From Spirochaetia bacterium (GTDB lineage Bacteria; Spirochaetota; Spirochaetia; CADAEX01): a stretch of 64,000 nucleotides of DNA. The stretch covers positions 155,611 to 219,610 of the forward strand of contig CAXXHA010000011.1 in assembly GCA_963662265.2 (NCBI GenBank), in the 5' to 3' direction. Position 1 is the stretch's first letter, and each line of letters opens with the position of its first letter. Position numbers and translations under genes: made by a program. This document shows positions 27,786 to 37,568 of this stretch, one piece after another. The notes below the pieces were generated by a model. The model was not told where the DNA came from. It did not search any database and saw only the letters and a program-made list of their open reading frames with translations.

Positions 27786-28830
27786 TTATATAATCATTGA
27801 TCAGCCGATTTTCCGACGGATATGAAAAAATATTCAAAAAATCATTATCTGAATTATCAAGATCAGGGAGCATATTTTTCAAAAGAATATTAATCTGATG
27901 TTTCAGAAGCTGTTTATCAAGCAGTGTATCTGAATTTATTATCAGAAAAAGTCTGTTGCCAGGCAGTATGAATATTCTCCCTCCGTTTGCAGTAAGTGCA
28001 GAGAAAATCCTGTATATTTCCGTATTAAAGCCGGTTGAAATAATATCGGATGATAGTTTATAAAGTTTATCAACAATAATCTCTGTATTGATGAAAATTG
28101 CGTAAAAACTTTTGTTATCCTTTTCTGAAAAAATACTTATTTCATCAATAACCTTGTTTCCTGAAAGATAGAGTGTACTGTCTTTGACTTTTTTCCTGTT
28201 ATTGCAGAACCTGATTATCGTAGAATATGATTTTTTATGAAAATATTCCGAGTATTTAAACAGCTCTTCATAATTGGTGAAAACAGAATTCAATTCAGAA
28301 ACAAGGAGAAAGGATAAAAGCTTATTGTTGCTGTCTGAATAGGGTATTATCAAAACATCATCAAGAAGACCGTATTCCCGTGTTGAAAAATACTTTTTCA
28401 ATGCAGATTTTCTTGATTTGGGAATAAAAAACGGTTTACTGGAATTTTTATCTGAAAATTTAATCAGGTCATCAGATTTTAATCTTAAACGGGAAGAAGT
28501 TGTCCTGTCATAACCTGTTGAAATCCATGGAAGGAATGTTTCATCATCCTCATCTGCAAAAAAGGCTGCTCCTTTAAGGAGATTGAAAGTGTGTTTGAAA
28601 AAATTGAATGTATTAACTGGTATTTTCAGATTAAAGTCATCTGTGAAAGATGAAGAATAATAAGTATCAATCAGTACTTTTATTTTTTTTTTTTTGGTTT
28701 CAATATCAGTACTGTCCGATTTATTATCGGACAGTATATTTTCAGCTTTTCTTAAAAGACTGTTTTTATATTCAAGAGGATTTTTTTCTTTTTTTACATC
28801 TGTATTTAATACTTTATCAAGAAGACCCAT
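27778..28830 (-). CDS. Hypothetical protein (GAF-like region), reading through an A13 tract
   Basis: 350-aa ORF coupled to neighbours; MGLL start, PWISTGYDRTTSSRLRL motif. Confidence 0.65.
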   Translation of the reverse strand: MGLLDKVLNTDVKKEKNPLEYKNSLLRKAENILSDNKSDSTDIETKKKKIKVLIDTYYSSSFTDDFNLKIPVNTFNFFKHTFNLLKGAAFFADEDDETFLPWISTGYDRTTSSRLRLKSDDLIKFSDKNSSKPFFIPKSRKSALKKYFSTREYGLLDDVLIIPYSDSNNKLLSFLLVSELNSVFTNYEELFKYSEYFHKKSYSTIIRFCNNRKKVKDSTLYLSGNKVIDEISIFSEKDNKSFYAIFINTEIIVDKLYKLSSDIISTGFNTEIYRIFSALTANGGRIFILPGNRLFLIINSDTLLDKQLLKHQINILLKNMLPDLDNSDNDFLNIFSYPSENRLINDYINA

Positions 28831-28831
28831 C

Positions 28832-31453
28832 TTAGATTAAACCCAGTTCCTCAAAAAGTTTTTTGTAAGTTTTAAAATGATCGGATTTCGCAAATTCCTC
28901 TATTTTACTGTCAGGAAGTGATTCAAGAAGCTGATCAAGATAGAGAAGTACAGATTTGATTTCTGTTTTAATGTTGTCAGGCATGTCAGCTGTACTTACT
29001 TCCTCTTTAATTTCCTCTTCAGCCTCTCCAATTTCTATTTCTTCACTCACTGAATCAGTTTCTTCCAGTTCTTCAGCAGTTTCTTCAAGACTGTCAAGTT
29101 CAAGACCTTCTGATTCTGAAAGAATATCATCTACAGAAATTACATCTTCATCAATGTTCTCAATTTCCTCATCAGGGAATTCTTCAACTTCTTCTTCTGG
29201 TAATTCTTCTTCAAGAGAAATATCTTCTATGATTTCTTCTTCCAGTTCAGGAGTTTCTTCTTCGAAAGCAGCTGTATCTTCCTCTAATGTTAAAGAATCT
29301 TCAAAACCGGTTAAATCTTCTTCAACTTCCTCTTCAGTCGCAGCTTCAGCTGTTTCAATTTCTTCATCAAAGGATATTTCTTCCTCTTCAGCATCTTCGG
29401 GTTCAGCCTCTGCTGTTAAATCAACATCCAGAGAAAGATCTTCTTCGAGTGAAATCCCTTCTTCAAGTGCCATTTCTTCTTCTATGATAATATCTTCTTC
29501 AGATCTTTCTTCAGGTATTATTTCCTCTTCAAGTGCAGTACCAGCTTCAGAAAAACTTTCTTCTTCAAAGGTGATATCTTCATCACTTGAGACAATATCA
29601 TCAAGGTCTGTTTCAGATATTTCTTCCGCAATATCCTCATCCAGGATAATATCCTCTTCAGGAATTACGGTTTCTTCAGATATTTTTTCAGCTGTTTCAT
29701 CAAATACTGCAGTTTCTTCTACTTCTGATAAATCAATATCAACAGGTATCTCTTCAGATGCAATTTCTTCATCAATTGCAGATAATTCAGAATCATCAAT
29801 TGAAAAATCATCAAGTGAAAGTTCTTCTTCAGAAGAGAGTGTTTCTTCTGAAACTGATATTTCCTCCTGGATATCTTCAGTAATATCAGCTGTAGGTATT
29901 TCAGTCTCTGTAGTTTCAATAATAGTTGTTACTGTTTCACTTACTGCAGATGAATCAGCAACCGGCGATGTTTCTTCTTCCATGGCTTCTGATTCAATTG
30001 AAGGTTCAAATTCCTGATGATCTATCACCAGTTCTTCTGAAGGAAGTATTGAAGGGGCAGTGAAATCTTCTTCAGGCTGCTCTTCAATAGTGATTATATT
30101 TTCAGTTTCTTCGACAATATCATCTTCCATATCAACGGAAATATCATCAAGAGGGATATCAATGTCCTTATCCAGCTCATCTTCAGAAAAATCAATTGAT
30201 ATTTCTTCATCTGCAGGTATTTCCTCTTCAGTAATTACTGTATCTTCAAGTTCCTGCTCTTCAAAAGACAGATCTTCTTCTGCAGGTGCCTCTTCTTCTA
30301 TATCAATATTTATCTGATCAGTATCCAGATCTTCATCAAGATCAAGAGTTATATCATCAAGTGATATTTCATCATCTTCAAGACCTGTTATTGTATCAGT
30401 TTCAGATACCAGGTTTTCACCTGATAGTGAATCAACATCAAGATCTGCTTCTTCTTCAAAATCTATTTTATTTTCATCAAGATCTGAGCTTTCATCTGTA
30501 AAATCAATATCAGCTTCTTTATCGAAGTCTACATCTATATCGATTTCTTCAGTTTCTTCGAGATCTTCTTCTATAATATCAATTTCGCCGCTTTCAGCTT
30601 CAGTCAGTTTTATGTCTTCTGACAAGTCTTCTTCAGTTATTTCAATGTCTTCTTCATGTGATTCTTCTATGTCGATGTTACCATCAAGAAAACTGAGTTC
30701 ATCCTGATTTTCTTCAAAGACAGGCTCTTCCTCTTCAGGTAACTGGAAATCTTCATCTTCAGATACAACTGTTTCGTCTTCTGTTATTTGAGATTCCAGA
30801 TCTTCAGCAATTTCTTCTTCAGTTATTTCCGCTGTATTGAAAATGTTGTCAAGTTCGTCACCTGTCAGAGCTATTGTTTCATCGCCGTCATCTGAGAAAA
30901 ATCCACCAGGAGGAACTTCTTCTGACCCGGTTTCAGTTTCAGATATTTCCTCATCTGATTTATAATGAGAGAGTTCCTTTTTGAGTTCACTGAGTTCATT
31001 CTTGATTGCAGATAGATCATTTTTAAGATCGTTTGCAATTTCTGTAAGCATTTTAATGGAATTATCAGAATCCCCTGTATCTCTTTTACCTGCCGGAGGA
31101 TTTGAATAGGATTCAGAAGAGTATTTTGCTTCAACTGATTCTGGAATATCTATATCTATAAATTCCTCATCTGCAGCAGTTTTTTCTCCCTGTTCAATAT
31201 CCTGAAGATCCTGAATATCATATAAATCTTCTTCACTTTCAGTGATATCATCTTCAAGAGACCCGAGAAGGTTTTCCTCTTCTTCTGTAAGCAGAAAGTC
31301 TTCATTGCTTTCTGTATTTTCTGTATCTAAATCCATCATTTTATAATCATCCGGAGCAGGATTACTATTGTCATCAACAATATCTTCGGGGCCTGATTTT
31401 ACCCAGACTCCATAATTTTCCAGTTCATTATTGTTATCATTGTTATCTAACAT
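28832..31453 (-). CDS. Very acidic, largely disordered protein with conserved-looking N-terminal (YGVWVK) and C-terminal helical domains
   Basis: 873 aa, D/E-dominated; GGAG RBS; coiled coil near aa 130-165; C-terminal EIKSVLLYLDQLLESLP..IEEFAKSDHFKTYKKLFEELG. Confidence 0.85.
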   Translation of the reverse strand: MLDNNDNNNELENYGVWVKSGPEDIVDDNSNPAPDDYKMMDLDTENTESNEDFLLTEEEENLLGSLEDDITESEEDLYDIQDLQDIEQGEKTAADEEFIDIDIPESVEAKYSSESYSNPPAGKRDTGDSDNSIKMLTEIANDLKNDLSAIKNELSELKKELSHYKSDEEISETETGSEEVPPGGFFSDDGDETIALTGDELDNIFNTAEITEEEIAEDLESQITEDETVVSEDEDFQLPEEEEPVFEENQDELSFLDGNIDIEESHEEDIEITEEDLSEDIKLTEAESGEIDIIEEDLEETEEIDIDVDFDKEADIDFTDESSDLDENKIDFEEEADLDVDSLSGENLVSETDTITGLEDDEISLDDITLDLDEDLDTDQINIDIEEEAPAEEDLSFEEQELEDTVITEEEIPADEEISIDFSEDELDKDIDIPLDDISVDMEDDIVEETENIITIEEQPEEDFTAPSILPSEELVIDHQEFEPSIESEAMEEETSPVADSSAVSETVTTIIETTETEIPTADITEDIQEEISVSEETLSSEEELSLDDFSIDDSELSAIDEEIASEEIPVDIDLSEVEETAVFDETAEKISEETVIPEEDIILDEDIAEEISETDLDDIVSSDEDITFEEESFSEAGTALEEEIIPEERSEEDIIIEEEMALEEGISLEEDLSLDVDLTAEAEPEDAEEEEISFDEEIETAEAATEEEVEEDLTGFEDSLTLEEDTAAFEEETPELEEEIIEDISLEEELPEEEVEEFPDEEIENIDEDVISVDDILSESEGLELDSLEETAEELEETDSVSEEIEIGEAEEEIKEEVSTADMPDNIKTEIKSVLLYLDQLLESLPDSKIEEFAKSDHFKTYKKLFEELGLI

Positions 31454-31900
31454 TTCCTACTCCTGAATAAAAATTCTTTGTATATAATTTTATGGTTCTA
31501 TTATCGACTAATGAATACAAAAAATTGATTATTAAATATTTTATAACAATTATAAACTGAAAAAGGACTGTTTTCAATCTATCTATTTTGTTTTTTATTT
31601 CATGATAATAATATTTAGATGGATTAGATTTTACTGCCGAAACCGACCTTGAATTCCACATAATTGAGCATCATATCTGAACTGTCTAAAAAACTGGTAA
31701 ATAGATGTGTATATCTCAAATCAGTGAAAAATACATTTCTTCTTAATCTGAATTCATAGCCGGTTACAGCTGCTGCTCCAGGATTAAATACTTTATATGC
31801 TTTAATTCATTGACGGTTCATTCTGCAGGCTTGTAAAAAAATATATTGATAATAATTTTATTGATTGTCTAAACCTTTTATAATAAAATTAGCAATGCAA

Positions 31901-32524
31901 ATGTATGGGAAAACACTTTTTTTTATAGTTATATTGTCACTTTTTGTTTTATTTCCTGCAATATCCCAGGATAGCAGTACAGATGAAACAGTTCCGGCAG
32001 CAGAAAGAAGCAAATATGCTACATCACTTTATTTACGTTACAACCTGACAAGGCCTGATTATGCTAAAACTCCCTATTATATAGGGTTTGACGCAGGAGC
32101 TGACATGGATTTCGGCGGAGATGTCCCAGTACTCAATCTCGCAGGGGTTGGATTTTCCGGAAAATACATCTTTTTAAATAATAAAAATGATATTACTGAT
32201 GAAAAATCCGAATCACACTATTTATCAACCGGATTATCTTTCTACCTGAAAACAAGACTTGAAAAACCGCTGAACCTGGGACTCAGGGGCGGTGTAGGCA
32301 GCGGATGGATGGTTGCCGGAGAAATTGATGAACAGACAGACAACAATAAAAGGCTTAACGGTATATATTTTGATGTGGGATTTTTCACCGAAATCAAGCT
32401 GTCGGAAAGGTATTATATAGAAACAGGAGTAGATGCCAGAAAACAGCATTATTATCAGAAGGAAACTGAAATTGATCCTGTTGATATGGGTTTTATATAT
32501 TTTAAAGCAGGTATTAAACTATAA
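31901..32524 (+). CDS. Putative small outer-membrane beta-barrel protein
   Basis: Signal peptide (FPAIS), about 8 amphipathic Gly/aromatic strands, ends YFKAGIKL. Confidence 0.6.
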   Translation: MYGKTLFFIVILSLFVLFPAISQDSSTDETVPAAERSKYATSLYLRYNLTRPDYAKTPYYIGFDAGADMDFGGDVPVLNLAGVGFSGKYIFLNNKNDITDEKSESHYLSTGLSFYLKTRLEKPLNLGLRGGVGSGWMVAGEIDEQTDNNKRLNGIYFDVGFFTEIKLSERYYIETGVDARKQHYYQKETEIDPVDMGFIYFKAGIKL

Positions 32525-32533
32525 ATAATAGAG

Positions 32534-33910
32534 ATGAATAACATGAAAATAACAAAAACAGTAATTATGCTGATTCTTGCAGGTCTGATATTAAGCTTTC
32601 CGGTATTCGGACAGGAAGAAGAGGACAGCAGGGTCTTGAAATGGAAAAAGATAGATGGTGCTTCCAGTTATCTTATTGAAATTAAAAAAGGCGAGAGACA
32701 GGTCTTAAAAACTGAGAGCATTGATAATTTTATTTATCTGGATCTTCCCCCTGGAGAATATCTGTTTAATATTTCTGTTCTCAACAAGTTCAGTAAAAAA
32801 ACCGCCGAAACAGGATGGAAAAAGCTGTCAATTGAAGCTGCAAAACAGCCTGTGATCAGGAATTATTCACCATCCCATATCTATCTCAATAAAGATGAAG
32901 CCCTGCTTGCCATTGATGCATATAATATCAAAGACAGGTCGAAATTCAAGCTTGTTTCTGAAAGCGGCGAAGAAACTGAAGGGGAAGTCAGGGATATAAA
33001 CGATTCAATTTACAAAGTATTTTTCCCTTCTGATAAGCTTGTAAAAGGGGTGTATTCACTGAGTGTTGAAAACCCTTCAGGTCTGAATGATACAGCTGCT
33101 GCCCTGTTTGAAATACGTGAAGAACTCCTTCCCTCGGTTTCGAAAATAAGCAGCAGGGAATTTCTCAACAGGGGAGTCTACAGCGGAATTAAAATTACCG
33201 GTAAAAACTTCGAGGAAAATATCAAGGTGGAATTCCGATCTGATTCAGAAGTGATTAGGCCTGCTTCTGTTGATTTTATTTCTGAAACAGAAATATCTGT
33301 TATTCTTGATTTATCAACTGCCAGGGCTGACAAATACAGGCTGTATGTAGAAAATCCGTCAGGTTTATCAGATTTTTCAAGGGAAAATATCAGGGTTCTT
33401 GAAAGAACAGATGAAACAGAACTCATGATGAAAGGTTTCAGAAAAGATAAACTAACCCTGCATGCAGGGTATGAATACGGATATTTCCTTGAAAATGTTT
33501 CAGATTATCATAACTACAATTATGCTGGAATTATATTAAGGGCGCAGTTCGACCTGAATAATGATTTTTTCAATAAATATATCTGGCTTTACCCGATAGG
33601 GGCGGAAATATCAATTGCCCACTATCCAAAAGATATATATTTCAATGAATTCGGATTCAGTATTTATTACAAGAGCCGTTTTGAAACACCTGTTAATTTC
33701 ATCATAAAGGGCGGGGGCGGTTTCAGTGTATTTGAAAAGGAAGAATATGGTCCGGATTATGGCAGATATATGGCTGCTACAGGAGGACTGTCCATAAAAC
33801 TCATGAAACATCTGTATATTGAAGCGACTACAGGGCTTAAGACATGGAATGTTGATGGTGATTATCTGACATACATGGTAAGTTCAGCATCGGCCGGGTT
33901 TACATACTGA
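32534..33910 (+). CDS. Exported Fn3/IPT-TIG Ig-like domain protein with C-terminal beta-barrel
   Basis: Signal peptide; LKW..GASSYLIEI..LPPGEY (Fn3-like); two Y.L.VENPSG IPT-like repeats; barrel ending SASAGFTY. Confidence 0.65.
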   Translation: MNNMKITKTVIMLILAGLILSFPVFGQEEEDSRVLKWKKIDGASSYLIEIKKGERQVLKTESIDNFIYLDLPPGEYLFNISVLNKFSKKTAETGWKKLSIEAAKQPVIRNYSPSHIYLNKDEALLAIDAYNIKDRSKFKLVSESGEETEGEVRDINDSIYKVFFPSDKLVKGVYSLSVENPSGLNDTAAALFEIREELLPSVSKISSREFLNRGVYSGIKITGKNFEENIKVEFRSDSEVIRPASVDFISETEISVILDLSTARADKYRLYVENPSGLSDFSRENIRVLERTDETELMMKGFRKDKLTLHAGYEYGYFLENVSDYHNYNYAGIILRAQFDLNNDFFNKYIWLYPIGAEISIAHYPKDIYFNEFGFSIYYKSRFETPVNFIIKGGGGFSVFEKEEYGPDYGRYMAATGGLSIKLMKHLYIEATTGLKTWNVDGDYLTYMVSSASAGFTY

Positions 33911-33962
33911 TTAAATAAAAGCGATGAAAGAATAAAATATTCAGATTCATTTCATGAATCAT

Positions 33963-33989
33963 AAAGGCAGCTATAAAGCTGCCTTTTTT
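33963..33989. terminator. Intrinsic terminator (likely bidirectional)
   Basis: aaaggcagct-ataa-agctgccttt plus T run. Confidence 0.75.
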
Positions 33990-34023
33990 CATCTTTATTA
34001 GTTAAAAGATGTTTTAATCTTTC

Positions 34024-35142
34024 TTAATCTGAACTATATCTGACAGCAGAAAGCTCGAAGATCTGGCCCGGCATCCCCCCCCTGATATTGAAAGTACTTT
34101 CAGGAAGATCTCCGTTCATTCTGTGTATGTTTATCTGAAAACCTCCGCCCCCGTCTTCCGATGCTGTAAAGAAAAACTCCCTGTACGGGTCGATAGCCGC
34201 TGCCCCTGGATTTACCCCTGTTGGAATATAGTTTATCGTACTTATTGTTCCGTCGGTGTTTGTCCTCAAGCAGTAAATATTGTTTTCATTGATGCTTACA
34301 AAGTATAGAAAACGTTCTTTCGGGTCTTTCACAAGGGCATTGCTGGTACTTGATCCGGCAGTTGCTCCCACGATCGGGCTCGATATCTGGGCTGCTGTAG
34401 TATTGTGAATATCCAGATTGTAGCTGTACCCGTAGTTTGATCCCCCTGCACCCAGAAGCAGTTTGAAAAGATAGCCGTTTAAGACGGCAGGGCATTCGCC
34501 TGTTCCTGCACCCAGACTGTAGCCGTTTAAATAATTACCTAAAGTCCCGTCTCCTGCAATAGTATAGGAATTCCAGCCAGTCCCGTCATTTTTCAAGAGA
34601 TGGGTGTCAAAGATGAGAAATCCTTCTGCAGGTGGAGTATAAGCAGAGAAAGTCCCCTGGGCTGTCGGGGAGAGGGATCCGTCGCTGTTGTAGTTGAAAC
34701 CTGAAATAACATGCGGAGTCGAGCCGTCTGATGAAATTGCATATAAAAATCTTTTATCATCAGTGAAAACATAATCATCAACCGGATATGTTCCAAAGCT
34801 GGCTGGGTAACCAGGAAGCATATCAAGCGATCCGTCACCTTTTACATCATATCCGCTTATATAATAGGGATTTGTTCCGTATGAAAAAAAGAGATTTTTT
34901 TTTTCATTTTCATACACAAATTTACAGGCATTGATCTGTGTCGGTATACTGCTGTCTGTTCCTTTATCGGATAATGAACCGGATACTGTATCTACCTGAA
35001 AAGTAAGAAGTCCTGATGCAGTTGCAGCATAAAGATACAGGGCACCGTCATTATTGTCTCTTATATCCATGAAGTTCCCGATCTTGCATGAAACGAGAAG
35101 TGATGTAAACAGCAGAGCTGTAAATATTTTATTTAGTCGCAT
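34024..35142 (-). CDS. Lipoprotein, lactonase-like beta-propeller
   Basis: Lipobox LLVS-C; repeated DG(S/T)L and D..RFLY blades. Confidence 0.7.
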   Translation of the reverse strand: MRLNKIFTALLFTSLLVSCKIGNFMDIRDNNDGALYLYAATASGLLTFQVDTVSGSLSDKGTDSSIPTQINACKFVYENEKKNLFFSYGTNPYYISGYDVKGDGSLDMLPGYPASFGTYPVDDYVFTDDKRFLYAISSDGSTPHVISGFNYNSDGSLSPTAQGTFSAYTPPAEGFLIFDTHLLKNDGTGWNSYTIAGDGTLGNYLNGYSLGAGTGECPAVLNGYLFKLLLGAGGSNYGYSYNLDIHNTTAAQISSPIVGATAGSSTSNALVKDPKERFLYFVSINENNIYCLRTNTDGTISTINYIPTGVNPGAAAIDPYREFFFTASEDGGGGFQINIHRMNGDLPESTFNIRGGMPGQIFELSAVRYSSD

Positions 35143-35265
35143 TATGATCCAATTATAGATTTTTTACAGGAAGTAATTCAATAAATATACATCCATAACA
35201 AACAGTATTTTGATGGTTTTACTTAATTATATCAAGTTTTAAGGTTGCTTTTGGTTGAGGATGGG

Positions 35266-36345
35266 TCAGTGTTCATATCTTACAGCAGTCATTTCATATA
35301 TAATTGGTGTCGGCATCTGTGTATAATTGCTGTCAGGAATACTTCCGCTCATGGAATGCTGGTTAAGCTGCCCAGATGTTGATGTATAAAAATACTGCTT
35401 ATAGGGATCTATTGCTGCTGCATTTGTAATGGCTGCTGTAGGAACAGTTGTAATATTGTTTATCAAACCGTCATTTATTTCAATACAGTAAATATCACTG
35501 TTTGAATCATGTACAAAATAGAGGTAATTATTTTCCTTGTCCTTTATAAGGTCATTTCTGTTTGCAATTGCTGCCCATGGTGTAGCAGAATAATTATCCC
35601 TTTGAACAGTACCTGCTCCAAAAGGATCAACATTGTAACTGAAAACATCGGCAGATGCTATTTTAAATAGATAGGGGCGGTTATCTGTTATTGCCGGACC
35701 GGGAGTTTCTGTGTTTATTGTTGTTGGATTAACAGGATCAAACCCTGCATTATCAGAAAGTGTTCCGTCACCATTTATGGTAAATGTAATCCATTGAGCA
35801 TTCCCATGTATTATCAGATTATTGTTAAAAATATTTAAAGAAATACATGGAGAAGGATAACTTGTTGGATGAGGAGGGGCAAGGTAGCTTATTACTCCGC
35901 TGCCATCATAGCTGAACCTGTAAATGTTTCCGGCTGACAATACATAGAAATAGTTTCTGCTATTGTTAAATACGAAATTTTCGATAGAAGCAGCTCCTAT
36001 ACTGTAGCTGTAGGCCCCTCCTGTATCAAGTGATCCATCCTCAAATACTTTGAGCCTTGTTATATAATTGTCAGCACCTGACATATGCGATATGAAAAGA
36101 TCTTTTCTTTCATAATCATAATCTACTTTACATGCTCCATCTGTAAAAGTGAATGATGGATTTGAATGTTTCTGAAATAATGAACCTGAGCGGGTATCTG
36201 TCTGGTACACATTCAGGCCGCTGTCAGTAAGTGTAAAAACAAAGAGAGGATTATCATAATTATTATTACCGATATCCATGAAATTACCGATTTTACATGA
36301 TGAGATAAGAATCAGAAGTAATATTATAGTAATGATATTTTTCAA
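35266..36345 (-). CDS. Lipoprotein, lactonase-like beta-propeller (paralog of 34024-35142)
   Basis: Lipobox LISS-C; shares CKIGNFMDI, AAAIDPY and AVRY with its neighbour; TTG start. Confidence 0.7.
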   Translation of the reverse strand: MKNIITIILLLILISSCKIGNFMDIGNNNYDNPLFVFTLTDSGLNVYQTDTRSGSLFQKHSNPSFTFTDGACKVDYDYERKDLFISHMSGADNYITRLKVFEDGSLDTGGAYSYSIGAASIENFVFNNSRNYFYVLSAGNIYRFSYDGSGVISYLAPPHPTSYPSPCISLNIFNNNLIIHGNAQWITFTINGDGTLSDNAGFDPVNPTTINTETPGPAITDNRPYLFKIASADVFSYNVDPFGAGTVQRDNYSATPWAAIANRNDLIKDKENNYLYFVHDSNSDIYCIEINDGLINNITTVPTAAITNAAAIDPYKQYFYTSTSGQLNQHSMSGSIPDSNYTQMPTPIIYEMTAVRYEH

Positions 36346-36449
36346 TTTAATCTTCCTGAATTTAAGTATAGAACTATTAACGGTGTTTTTTCAAATTATC
36401 AACAAACAGAGATTAAGATTACACAGAAATACGCCGTATTATAGAATGT

Positions 36450-36893
36450 ATGAGCCGCACCGGAAGATTTTTATTTACTTTATATTTAGCAGTTACTCTT
36501 TACCTTTTTCTGACTCTGTTTTACGGACCGACCGGTATACAGGCTACAGAAAACCTTGAAGCGTATAAGACTGTTTTAGCTGACAACATCGCAGAATTGA
36601 AGGGAATCAACAAAGACCTGATCAGAAAATGCAAGCCTTATAATGAAATGAATACAATCAGGCTGAGAGCCTACGAAATGGGATATCTTAACAGCAATCA
36701 GAAAAAGATACATCTTAAAGGTATTGTAAAAGCAGATATTTCCCATTCTCTCGGGAAGATAATATACAGAAACAGCAGTCCTGCAGACAGATCTCCCTTT
36801 ATCAGATCGATAAGTCTTATTTTTTCATTGTTATTTTATATTTTTTCCAGTATATTTCTTTCCAGAAATGGTGCTAAAAAAATCAGAAAATAA
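36450..36893 (+). CDS. Septum formation initiator FtsB/DivIC family
   Basis: TM-YGPTG-coiled coil-IRLRAYEMGY pattern plus extra C-terminal TM. Confidence 0.7.
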   Translation: MSRTGRFLFTLYLAVTLYLFLTLFYGPTGIQATENLEAYKTVLADNIAELKGINKDLIRKCKPYNEMNTIRLRAYEMGYLNSNQKKIHLKGIVKADISHSLGKIIYRNSSPADRSPFIRSISLIFSLLFYIFSSIFLSRNGAKKIRK

Positions 36894-37437
36894 AACAATA
36901 AAACAAGCCGCAGAAATTATACTTTCAGGCGGCGTGATTATTATGCCGTGTGACACTATATACGGCATGATCAGCCTTACCGGTAAGCCTGAGGAAAAAA
37001 TAAGGGCTGCCAAGGGGCGTGATGAGGGCAAGCCGTTTATCAGGCTGACAGCTTTTAAAGATGACCTCTCAAAATACACAGATCAGGAAATAAAAAAAGA
37101 ATTACTCGATTTCTGGCCCGGGCCGCTGACCCTCATTGTAAGGAACAGGGAAGGTGAAACAGAGGCTTTCCGTGTACCTGATGATAATTACCTGCTGGGG
37201 TTATTGAAGATAGTAAAACAGCCTGTTGTCTCTACAAGTGTGAATTTTACAGGGAGTCCTGCACTGAATAATATATCTGACATTCTTGATCAGTTTGAAC
37301 ATCTCGTCGATGCAGTTATTGACGGCGGTGATGCATCTGAAGAGGCATCCGCATCAACAATAGTCGATGTAACATCAGTTCCATATAAAATATTACGTCA
37401 GGGTCCGTGCATCATTCCGGAAAATCTACTACAATAA
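36868..37437 (+). CDS. tsaC: L-threonylcarbamoyladenylate synthase (TsaC/YrdC/Sua5)
   Basis: PCDTIYG, KGR..KPF, WPGPLTLI, RVPD, STSVN, STIVD, LRQG. Confidence 0.92.
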   Translation: MVLKKSENKTIKQAAEIILSGGVIIMPCDTIYGMISLTGKPEEKIRAAKGRDEGKPFIRLTAFKDDLSKYTDQEIKKELLDFWPGPLTLIVRNREGETEAFRVPDDNYLLGLLKIVKQPVVSTSVNFTGSPALNNISDILDQFEHLVDAVIDGGDASEEASASTIVDVTSVPYKILRQGPCIIPENLLQ

Positions 37438-37568
37438 TAAAGCAGACAATATAAAAAGATCAGGGATTCAGATTTTACTGAATACAGTAATATTAAGCAT
37501 CTTTTATAATATAATGATTTTTTTATTATCTGAAATTGTTTCAGAATCATAATAAAAGATACCCTGAG

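Noticed and set aside
28956-30317. Long Ser-rich plus-strand ORFs (353 aa and 85 aa)
   Set aside because: Antisense shadows of the GAA/GAT-rich acidic gene; no RBS or independent features.
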